From IMG/VR virus record IMGVR_UViG_3300021425_000037, positions 1 through 61,410 of that record: a stretch of 61,410 nucleotides of DNA; one strand, given 5' to 3'. The translations under genes were made by a program, and so were the position numbers. Of the stretch, positions 37,501-46,037 are shown one piece after another. The notes under the pieces were generated by a model, which made no database searches, was not told the origin of the DNA, and was given only the letters and a program-made list of their open reading frames with translations. This stretch comes from a virus. Taxonomy: Duplodnaviria; Caudoviricetes. Each line of letters begins with the position of its first letter. The first letter of the stretch is position 1.

Positions 37501-37851
37501 CTAGTAAATGCTAATCCAAATACGCAAGGACTAGTTTACAGAATTGTGGCAACAGAATATGTTCCACAACAAACAATAAATGGAAACGGTAATCAGTTAG
37601 CAGGTAGTCATTATGAAGTACCTCTTACTGACGTAAGCGGACTAAACTTAGAGGATGTAGTAAGGTTAGTCGGACACAGTACAACTCCACCTACAGGCGG
37701 GGTTGACGGAACGATAAAAACAATAAATACGATAAGCAATACTATTGGTATTGATTTTGGAGATGCATTTGGTGATATTACTGTAGTTGGTAATGCCGGA
37801 CAAGTAGCACTACAAAACAATTTCGTAGTAGCCAAAGGGAAAATTAACTAA
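34507..37851 (+). CDS. Tail fibre/tailspike with pectin-lyase-like beta-helix
   Basis: Repeats NKPTIP and GQxLxTDGxG, poly-Gly hinge, DDTVAVQTAIDAA beta-helix entry motif. Confidence 0.82.
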   Translation: MANRFPLVVDTTAGNQFRELPDGDNLLLTNSSIVNALDIQALGTVTASQLIVDGTVFRNDYADLQNKPTIPTSILQLGIGDGTTGQFLTTNGAGTISFQNIPVQDPVLGGDLSGTSSAATINANTIGITELNVDDGTIGQVLATDGSGNLQFVDMTGGGGGGGGATNFLGLSGQIGLSQIDDDFITPVKLKDNGQVPTAGQYLTVAAGGDFEYLDIPTTNPQWDDVQNKPTIPATLTDLGIVEGNNGDILKTDGAGNYTFTAFDSIENVEFSGTTIRTVPDNSNISIDPKGNGYLTIVGTNAVVLPVGDTSQRTPNVAGAMRLNSQLGIFEGYDGSNWNGLGGVRSVDGLTYVSAETTPGASDDTITFVTNSQTSATLTETKLELNQAVGVKIKSTQTAVDFETGALSVDGGVSIKGNLIVSGAISVNEEFNTSVKVDATTLSGSQTNQFTISAADIDYFATSMKVRLFGASADNIDQDQANLGVQVSRVGFATPDASGNEVTFSYRVAQMDQVSGKISAVTAAADITIEPEEITDFNNNKNIQVVVSRVSSSHNVLIYRKVGSEVDYTLHSVLGPKELGVALSNIVFTDYYDFDVTPWSKRTNQGLFTTNSGLVHVPLVAPGSPKLGWFDTEITGIDSDTNTLTVANQYYATSNSIEVVIDDTVAVQTAIDAAKAQNRNLLTLENRTYFIKRLELPDGFTLKGGGDQTRIIKQYWSTEQATGDNNIIRPKSGYASYNNITVRDVRIDGNAQNQYLTSDTTNEYLNYAVYLYGNDLLFENIELDNLVGGGIYAYDPSITNNLTVLNSEITGGGLSYSFDWFPLFADECRTVKIAHNTFRNFPGAVRISAVQKGIVSPNIVDNCGEGIFAYGATKIVLTPNVLLGPAGEFIANPDVLNSEFDSINILIENGIDFNSPQYVYQENGAFFDFTANQGRLTGFINELSKTNNVEELGTDYSETLGGEDYIAFTNPGDANGNFAFRIVASRVNDLLSRASYTQLVNANPNTQGLVYRIVATEYVPQQTINGNGNQLAGSHYEVPLTDVSGLNLEDVVRLVGHSTTPPTGGVDGTIKTINTISNTIGIDFGDAFGDITVVGNAGQVALQNNFVVAKGKIN

Positions 37852-40800
37852 TGTCAAGTTTAAATAATATTAACAACAATGCTTCGGTCGTAAACGTAGG
37901 TAGAACTACTCCAGTTACACCTGGCGCACAACCTGCAGCAAACAGTATTCCTGTTGTAGTTGCTACGGACCAAACAGCGATACCAGTCGTTGAACAAAAC
38001 AAAATACAATCAGAGGTTGCACTTTCACTACTAGGTATACCTAGATCAGAAGTTGCACTAGGTATATTTGCTGACGTTAACACATACGATGTTAACCCAA
38101 GTGAGTGGTCCAGTGTTCCAGAAGATTATTCAGAAGTTGCTAACACTAAAACAGAATATACAGGTGTTGGAGGTCCGCAAGCATGGGGTATCTTACACTT
38201 ACCTGAAGAGTCAGGTGCAAAAGTTACAGCACCAGCAGACGAAACAGCGGTATTAACAAGTAAAAGATTTTTTAGATATCAACCAGGACGTGTTTCTGCA
38301 GCTACATTTGGTATTAAGAGTTCATTTGCTACAGGTAACGTAGTAGGTGCAGGACAAAGACCAGCAACAAGAAACCCAGACGTTAAGAAATATGGTATCT
38401 TTGATAAGTTTGACGGGTACTATTGGGAAACAAGAGACACAGGACAAGGCGATCAGTTTGCTGTTGTAAGACGTACACAATCTATTATCAGAAAGAACCC
38501 TTTGCAATTTGGTAATAGTGCAGGACAGCAATTAGAAGATCACGCACTAGGTGGTAAAGCACCGGGTGTTGCTGAAAGCACATATAATGCATATCCTACA
38601 GCAACAAAATACTTGACAGAAAACAAATTTGATTTAATTGATTCGAGCGTACTTAGTAACTCAGCAGTTAAGTGTCAAAGAGACTTAGGTTACTTCTTAG
38701 ATGCTATTGGTGATGACATTACGCTAGGAACAAACTATGGTTCAACATTCCAAGGTTTAGCAGAGTCTAACTCAAACGAATATCCATTACCAACAAGTGT
38801 TACTACAGCAATTGATAACTCAGAGATAGAAGTTAAAGCACTAACAGGTGTTGACAATACAGCAGACGCACTTGTTGACGACTGGTACAACAACTTAAGA
38901 GCGGTGGCAGTTGATGCAGGCACAAGAGTTGATTATGCAAGTGCAACACAGGCAGAGCAGATTGCTTTCCTAAAGGCTGTTACATTTACAAATCCAACTA
39001 GTGGCGGCTCAGCAAGTAGAGAGGCTGTTAAAGACCAACTAGTTGCAAACAGAGATTTTATTGCGGCAGAGATTAATGCATGGGTAGCAGACACATATCC
39101 AAGTGCAAGTCACAACGCAAACAAATGTACACGTGATGTATTATTTGTTCTAAACGCTGTAGCATATGATGTGCTATATGGCGGAAACAGTGCTACATAT
39201 GATGCAGGTAGGTTCTTCTTTTACGATGGTTTTAGTAAGAGTGATCAAACAGCAGACTACATCACACAAACAGTAGCGGCATACGGTCGCTTAGTTGATA
39301 TTATTGACGACATTGTAAAAGATGTAACTATTACTCCAACAACTGGTAACAGCGAAACACAAAGCACAGGCAATGGTGTAGCGGCACAAGCAGAAGCAGA
39401 TGCAGCAGTTGCGTTTGCAACAATTATAAGAGACGTTATTGACGAAGGTGATATACTTTTAAGTTTACCAGTTACAAGAACATCACCAGATACATCATGG
39501 GGTGGAGCTTCAGCTGTAGCGGCTCAAGCGGCAATACAAGCAGCAAAACAAACTATTGTAGAAACAGTAGCACCTGTAACATTTACAGGCGATGATTTAA
39601 AATGTAAGAGAGATTTAGAATTCGCACTTGATGCTTATATCAACGATTTACGTTGGGGCGGCGACGGTCACATTATAGCAAATGCGGCAACTTATGACAC
39701 AGCGATACTAACAGATGCAGAGCGTGAGGGCGAAACACATTACTTCTTTAGAAATAAAATACGTGAAAAACTAGCAAGTATTAATGAAACAGGCGCTAGA
39801 ACAAAAATTGGCGACCTTGCTAAGTTTCAAATACAAGCGGTTACATCAAATGGTACAGGAGCATATCCTGCACAACCAGGACCAGATGGAACAACAGGTT
39901 TAATTACAGATGCACAGATTGCGTCTGCAACATATGGACAACGTAGTAAAGTAGAAACAATTTTTAGTGTGTATGCTTTATACTATGGTTACCTAGTAAG
40001 TCAAAGTTTAAATTATGATACAGTAACAGACCTACCTGATGGTGCTAGCCAATCAGACTTTGAAAGAGTACTTAAATTTAAATGTATTAGAGACGTAAAA
40101 TACGTAATGAATGGTTACGGCAGTGACTTACAATTTGGCGGTAATGCGGCAACAGCATACAATGCATTCAAATACTACAGTGACGGACAACTTAAAGTTT
40201 ACTCACAAACAAGTGGTGGAGTTGTTGCAGAGATTGCTAGACACCAATTCTTAAAAGACTTGCTTACATCAAACAGTTTAGTTAATGTTGAAAGAACAGA
40301 CTCACAGGTTGTACAAATTAAGAGTATGACAACAAGATTTGCATTATCAACAGCGCAAAGAGACAAACTACTTACTCTAACAGATACTATTATTAATAAC
40401 TTTACAAATGAATATACAGGTGCTGTTGATTACGGACAAGCAGGTCAGTTTGGTGACTTAGTAATTTTACGTGATGGTTTAATTATGGTACATGCAGGTG
40501 TGTACGATCCTACACTGCTTAAGAAGCGTGTTAAAACACCAGCACAAATTGATACAACAAATAATACATTGACACTTGCAGAAGGAAGTGTTATAATAGG
40601 ACAGTATGTAAACTATTATGGCGATTGTCCAGAACTTACAGACGGTAAAACATACTGGGTAAGTGAAGTACAAGGTCCTAAAGGTAATACAATTACACTA
40701 ATGGACCCTGCGGTAGCAGACTTTGATCAGTTTGATGTTACACCAAGTAACAACACTCCGATTACACTATCCGGCGCAGGAACAGAACACTACATAGAAA

Positions 40801-42590
40801 CACCAGTTCCATTTATTCACCCAACAGAATACGCTAAGTCATTTGGACTTGCAGGTGTTGAGGAACGTTACGATGGTATGTTCCCTTACATGTATACATC
40901 ATCTGGTACGCTACCAGCAGATCCAGCAGACGTAACTATAGGATACATTGATACAGCAATTGACACAAGTGTTGATGCAGCATCATTAAGAACACAAATA
41001 GATAACTTAAACTTCAAGTATAAAACTTGGGTAAGAGATCATGTTGACCCAACATTCTATTCAGTATATGAATATAGAGTTGGTAGAACTAGATTCTCAG
41101 GAGATAGTTTAGATGGTACAACACGTAACAGTGTGTATAGTGATAACGTATTAGATAAAAAAGCAGGTGAACTATTCTTAGGCACAGGCGTATCAGCACA
41201 AGAACAAACATCAGTTTGGGATTTAGATTTTAGTAAAGTAACCATGCTTAAAGTTGAATTTAGTTGGTATGGTGCTGTTGGTGCATTGTTCTTAGCATAT
41301 GTTCCAGTAGACAACGGCGAAGCACGTTGGGTAAGAGTACACCATTTACGTTGTTCAAACCAGTTGAAGATATCTTCACTAGGTAATGCTACACTTCCAA
41401 TTACATATCTAGTATACGGTGGTGGTAGTGAATCACGCTTTGGTGTTCCAAACGCTAATAGGTTACAAAACCCATATGGTAGTTACTCAGAAAGCCTTGT
41501 TAAGTATGGTGCTTCTTACTACATTGATGGTGGTGACCGTGGTACAGTTAGATTGTTTAACCATAGTTCAGAAACACCTACAGAAATTAATGGATCAAAA
41601 TATAAATTGGGTGTAGATGCAACAAACGCAACAGATCCTGTAGCACCATATTTTAGTGTAACTAACTTAGATCCTGATACAACAGGTACTGATGCTCCGG
41701 CAGTCAATACATATTACATGAATGCAAGAGTAATTACAGGTAACTCACAAGACCAAAACGTAAAAGTTATTTGGATAGACGGCAACGACATATACTTAAA
41801 CAAACCAGTAAGTGCTGTTTCAACATTAAATGTAATTGTAGATAGACCAGCACTTGTATATGGATTAAAAACAAAAGATAACATTACATCAGGTAATGGT
41901 GATGATGTTAGAAACAGAGTACAGGTATACCCAACACGTTTAAGTATTGGTAGTGATGCTTCAACTAATGCTAAAGTTACACTGGTTAAAACACCATTGT
42001 TCCAAACAACATTAGGCACATCGGGTAGTTTTACAATTAATGCAAGTGTAGATATAAATCAACAATACTTACTGTCTACAACAAATACAGATTATCTTTC
42101 ACAAAATGGAGACTTTACTTACGGCTACTTCCGTGCAAGTTTAAATGGCTCAGAAACACTTATAAGTGTATTGGGAAGATTAGAGAAAGCAAACGACAAT
42201 TACTATTTTTATCCAGCAGAGATATACAATGGTACATTAGAAATTGCTTCGGGCGCATCATTCTTAAAAGAAGGTGTATTTGATCCAAACGGAAACGTAC
42301 TTACATCAAGCGAAACAACATTTGAAAAGGAACGTTTAAGTTCAGTTGAAGTTGCACTTAGAGCGCAAACTCCAATACCTGGAACAGGTACTGAATTAGC
42401 AAGTTATTATGTTGCTCCGGGTGCTGAAGAATTTGATTTGGCAACTTATTTTGATTATAACAAAGAATATATAAGTTATCCACTTACAGATCAGCTAGAA
42501 ACTCTATTCTTAGCAACATTTAGTAATAATACTAATAGCAATACACCACTAGTTTCGTTGAGTGCGAGCTTGACATGGGAGGAGCAATAA
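37851..42590 (+). CDS. Large virion structural protein (1579 aa) with four KCxRD helical repeats
   Basis: Late module; FRYQPGR, EFSWYGAVG and KYGASYYIDGGD blocks shared with the next gene. Confidence 0.8.
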   Translation: MSSLNNINNNASVVNVGRTTPVTPGAQPAANSIPVVVATDQTAIPVVEQNKIQSEVALSLLGIPRSEVALGIFADVNTYDVNPSEWSSVPEDYSEVANTKTEYTGVGGPQAWGILHLPEESGAKVTAPADETAVLTSKRFFRYQPGRVSAATFGIKSSFATGNVVGAGQRPATRNPDVKKYGIFDKFDGYYWETRDTGQGDQFAVVRRTQSIIRKNPLQFGNSAGQQLEDHALGGKAPGVAESTYNAYPTATKYLTENKFDLIDSSVLSNSAVKCQRDLGYFLDAIGDDITLGTNYGSTFQGLAESNSNEYPLPTSVTTAIDNSEIEVKALTGVDNTADALVDDWYNNLRAVAVDAGTRVDYASATQAEQIAFLKAVTFTNPTSGGSASREAVKDQLVANRDFIAAEINAWVADTYPSASHNANKCTRDVLFVLNAVAYDVLYGGNSATYDAGRFFFYDGFSKSDQTADYITQTVAAYGRLVDIIDDIVKDVTITPTTGNSETQSTGNGVAAQAEADAAVAFATIIRDVIDEGDILLSLPVTRTSPDTSWGGASAVAAQAAIQAAKQTIVETVAPVTFTGDDLKCKRDLEFALDAYINDLRWGGDGHIIANAATYDTAILTDAEREGETHYFFRNKIREKLASINETGARTKIGDLAKFQIQAVTSNGTGAYPAQPGPDGTTGLITDAQIASATYGQRSKVETIFSVYALYYGYLVSQSLNYDTVTDLPDGASQSDFERVLKFKCIRDVKYVMNGYGSDLQFGGNAATAYNAFKYYSDGQLKVYSQTSGGVVAEIARHQFLKDLLTSNSLVNVERTDSQVVQIKSMTTRFALSTAQRDKLLTLTDTIINNFTNEYTGAVDYGQAGQFGDLVILRDGLIMVHAGVYDPTLLKKRVKTPAQIDTTNNTLTLAEGSVIIGQYVNYYGDCPELTDGKTYWVSEVQGPKGNTITLMDPAVADFDQFDVTPSNNTPITLSGAGTEHYIETPVPFIHPTEYAKSFGLAGVEERYDGMFPYMYTSSGTLPADPADVTIGYIDTAIDTSVDAASLRTQIDNLNFKYKTWVRDHVDPTFYSVYEYRVGRTRFSGDSLDGTTRNSVYSDNVLDKKAGELFLGTGVSAQEQTSVWDLDFSKVTMLKVEFSWYGAVGALFLAYVPVDNGEARWVRVHHLRCSNQLKISSLGNATLPITYLVYGGGSESRFGVPNANRLQNPYGSYSESLVKYGASYYIDGGDRGTVRLFNHSSETPTEINGSKYKLGVDATNATDPVAPYFSVTNLDPDTTGTDAPAVNTYYMNARVITGNSQDQNVKVIWIDGNDIYLNKPVSAVSTLNVIVDRPALVYGLKTKDNITSGNGDDVRNRVQVYPTRLSIGSDASTNAKVTLVKTPLFQTTLGTSGSFTINASVDINQQYLLSTTNTDYLSQNGDFTYGYFRASLNGSETLISVLGRLEKANDNYYFYPAEIYNGTLEIASGASFLKEGVFDPNGNVLTSSETTFEKERLSSVEVALRAQTPIPGTGTELASYYVAPGAEEFDLATYFDYNKEYISYPLTDQLETLFLATFSNNTNSNTPLVSLSASLTWEEQ

Positions 42591-42593
42591 TAA

Positions 42594-45500
42594 ATGCCTC
42601 AAATCAAAATAGGGTTCGACAGAATACCTATACCAACATCGAAGAGTTTTGTACCTCTATATGACATTGTAAAAGGTGTTCCACTTAGAGATTCAAATGG
42701 ACAAATTATTGTTACAGAAGATGAAGGTCCGGTCGAAGCTCTTTCCAAAGCAGAAAACAGTACCAGTGTTGTTGTAAACAACAAAGTAGTTGATAACACA
42801 CAACTAGACATTGTAGAACAATTTGCTGAAACATCTCAAGTTAGTACAACACTACTAGGTATACCTAGAGCAGAAGTACAACTTAGTTTGTTTAGTGACG
42901 TAAGCACATATGGGGTTAATGAAGAAGAATGGGAATTTTTTCAATACAACGGCATTTTTGGTAGACCAGTAGGTTGGTACAACAGACGCAATAGAACATT
43001 TGGTAATCATTTCTATACTAGATTAGTTGAAGAAACAAACGAGCAAGCACTTGTTGTTGAAAGTTTTCCTGTTGCTTACACATTCCCTCCTGGACCAAAC
43101 TACGTAAGCGGCGGCTATAACCCAGCTGTATTTGCTAGATTCTTAGCGTTTATCGATCTAGGTAATGACTTGTATACCTCATACGTTGGTACAAATGAAA
43201 TATTTGCAAAGGAGAACTTTCTAGATCCTACATTATGTTTTACACAAGACGGAGATGTTGTATACCCAGATGACGAACAGTTAGGATATGATGTTATAGA
43301 AAATTGGTGTCAGGCGTGGATGAACATGCGTGATGGTCTTTTACTAGATCCTAATACTAATACACCAATTAGATTTCCTACAGGTTTTGATGCAACTAAC
43401 ACAAGACCAGGTGCTTCAGATGGTGCTAACTATTTTGGACTATTACAAAGTAAAAAAGCATATAGATATCAACCAGGACGTATTTCAGGTTTTACATTTG
43501 GCTTTAGAGCAAGCAGAGACGAAGCAAGCATTGACAACATTATCGAATGGGGTATAGGTAATCCTACAGACGAATATGTTTTCCAAATAAGAGGCCCGCA
43601 GTTTAATATTGTACGTAGGAGTACAGTTAGATTGCCTAACGAAGTATTACAACGTATGGGCTTTAATAATACAGCACAACAAACAGTACAAAGTAGAGAA
43701 CCATTTAACGAAGACGAATTTTATGAGCTTGTGATTACTAGAGATTTCTTTAACGGAGATCCATTAGATGGTAATGGTAGATCAGGATACTTATTAGATC
43801 CTACTAAAGTTACTATGTATAAAATTGAATTTGGTTGGTACGGTGCTATTGGTGCTAAATTTTATGCTTACATACCAACAGACACAGGAGATGCACGTTG
43901 GGTGTTAATGCACACACTAACTATTGAAAACCAATTAGGCGAACCTTGTTTGCAAGATCCTTACTTTAAATTTAGATATCTACAAGATATTAGAAATACA
44001 AGTAACATTAGAGAACCACAATACCTTTACAAGTATGGTGCTTCATGTTATATTGATGGTGGCGATAACAGTGCAGGTAAGTACTTCTCGTATACAAGTG
44101 ACGACAAGGCTGTAAACAATGCAAGACAAACAAGTGTTGCTGGCATATATCCAAAACGTGAAATTAAAAACAGTGATGGTGTAGCTAAACCTAACAAAAA
44201 AAATGTTTACCCAGTAGATTTAAAAATTGACTGTGATCAACTTACAGAAGTACAAGTAGTTGAGATTGATGGCTGTCCAGCATTTGGACATCACTATGCA
44301 CCAAGTTTGCACAGTAATCAAAATGGTGTTATAAGAAGTATAAACATCAATGGTGCAGGTAACGAAATTACAACCAACCCACAGCCACAAGTTAATATAA
44401 CAAATATTACTCAAGCAAGTTGTGGTGTTGTAACTACAGATGTTGCACACGGTTATTTTACAGGACAAAAAGTTACAATAGAAAATGTTGTAGGTATGAC
44501 AGAAGTTAATCTACAAACATATTACATTGAAGTATTAAGCGATACAGAATTTGCTTTATACAGCAATCCTGAATACGATGCAGAAGTAGATACAAGTGGC
44601 TTTGCCGCATATGTAAGCGGCGGTACATCAGATGGTGACCCAATATTTAGAATACGTGACGATGATAGCAAACTTATTGTACCGGGTATTAATAGTTGCT
44701 ATGCCGCAAGAACAAGTGAAAGTACAGCAAACATTGAACGTATTGGGTTTGACAACTTGTATGAAAAAAGTGCAACTGGTACTATTGACACACAAGTTAT
44801 ATTAAATGGACAGTTAGTTGATAGAGCAACAGTGGATACTTCCGCTGTACGTTTTACAAGTTATTACGATTCTATTGCAGGCAGTACATATCCTATAACA
44901 GGTGATGGCTTTGATTGTAATTTCTTAAATCCTGTAGCTCAAGAAGGAACACAGTTTTGTGAATTCCTTATAGGTGTTACAGAAAACAAACCAATTATAT
45001 CAACACGTAATAATGCACAAGGTACTCCTGTAAATGAGGTTAAGTTTTTACAAAGTGACGGTGTAACAGAAGTTGCTCCGGACTTAGATAATATATTGTA
45101 TGCAGAATTTACTCATAGTAGTTTGTATAGAGATAGAGACGGCTATGAAGAAAGAGAAGGTGATGCACCATTAGGTATTAAGTATGACATTGATTACAGA
45201 TTACCTAGACCAGCAGGAACTGACAGCGGTACATGCTCAGGTATAAATGTTACAATTGAAGATAGATTAGAATTTACTGTTACTTATAGTTCAACTGATC
45301 CTGTAAGCGGACTTGCAAGTAATGTTATTATATTTGACAGTGAACCAAGTGAACTAATAAACGGGTTTAATCTTATTGGCGGAGAGTTTGGTGACGGTGA
45401 TTCAGCAAGTGGTATTAGATTCACTAGCGGACTACAAACATACATTGATAGTAATAACGATGAAAAGTATTATGCAGAAGTAGATGGTGCTCCTAGTAGT

Positions 45501-46037
45501 GCAGCATTTACTCTTAAATTAAGTCCTGTAAGAATTAAAGATAAAACTATTACAGGCGATCCATTAAAAGGTGTAAACAAAGTACAAGTGTTTAGTTTCC
45601 AACCTAAACCTTTATATCTAGTTGTGTTTATGCGTGACAATGCTAAAATGAATAATGTAACTATTACAGAATTTATTAATGGAACAACTAGAGCATTTTG
45701 TCCAGAATGGGTAACAAATAGCGGTATTGATGTTGTGTTCTCCGGCGGCGCAAGTTCAGGAGTACCTGCAGCTAATTATTTAGAAAAAGAAAGATTAGCA
45801 AGTACAAGCGTTGACGTACAAAACTCGCAACCATTAAGACCAGGTAAACTAAAAGATACCTTATATGTTGCACCAAACAGAAACAATACCGTAGCATTAG
45901 ATAGTGTGTACGGACCAGATAGAACAACTATTACTCCGGGAATATTAAATACAACAGCAACATTTATTACAGCAAGAAGTTTAGAAAATAATGATGTTAA
46001 CTTAGTAAGTGCAAGTGTGACCACGAAGGAAGATTAA
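42594..46037 (+). CDS. Virion structural protein, paralog of 37851..42590, with an E1-FCCH-like insert
   Basis: Shares LLGIPRxEV, YRYQPGR, EFGWYGAIG, KYGASCYIDGGD; insert ITNITQA...AHG..TGQKVTI..V.GMTEVN. Confidence 0.8.
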   Translation: MPQIKIGFDRIPIPTSKSFVPLYDIVKGVPLRDSNGQIIVTEDEGPVEALSKAENSTSVVVNNKVVDNTQLDIVEQFAETSQVSTTLLGIPRAEVQLSLFSDVSTYGVNEEEWEFFQYNGIFGRPVGWYNRRNRTFGNHFYTRLVEETNEQALVVESFPVAYTFPPGPNYVSGGYNPAVFARFLAFIDLGNDLYTSYVGTNEIFAKENFLDPTLCFTQDGDVVYPDDEQLGYDVIENWCQAWMNMRDGLLLDPNTNTPIRFPTGFDATNTRPGASDGANYFGLLQSKKAYRYQPGRISGFTFGFRASRDEASIDNIIEWGIGNPTDEYVFQIRGPQFNIVRRSTVRLPNEVLQRMGFNNTAQQTVQSREPFNEDEFYELVITRDFFNGDPLDGNGRSGYLLDPTKVTMYKIEFGWYGAIGAKFYAYIPTDTGDARWVLMHTLTIENQLGEPCLQDPYFKFRYLQDIRNTSNIREPQYLYKYGASCYIDGGDNSAGKYFSYTSDDKAVNNARQTSVAGIYPKREIKNSDGVAKPNKKNVYPVDLKIDCDQLTEVQVVEIDGCPAFGHHYAPSLHSNQNGVIRSININGAGNEITTNPQPQVNITNITQASCGVVTTDVAHGYFTGQKVTIENVVGMTEVNLQTYYIEVLSDTEFALYSNPEYDAEVDTSGFAAYVSGGTSDGDPIFRIRDDDSKLIVPGINSCYAARTSESTANIERIGFDNLYEKSATGTIDTQVILNGQLVDRATVDTSAVRFTSYYDSIAGSTYPITGDGFDCNFLNPVAQEGTQFCEFLIGVTENKPIISTRNNAQGTPVNEVKFLQSDGVTEVAPDLDNILYAEFTHSSLYRDRDGYEEREGDAPLGIKYDIDYRLPRPAGTDSGTCSGINVTIEDRLEFTVTYSSTDPVSGLASNVIIFDSEPSELINGFNLIGGEFGDGDSASGIRFTSGLQTYIDSNNDEKYYAEVDGAPSSAAFTLKLSPVRIKDKTITGDPLKGVNKVQVFSFQPKPLYLVVFMRDNAKMNNVTITEFINGTTRAFCPEWVTNSGIDVVFSGGASSGVPAANYLEKERLASTSVDVQNSQPLRPGKLKDTLYVAPNRNNTVALDSVYGPDRTTITPGILNTTATFITARSLENNDVNLVSASVTTKED

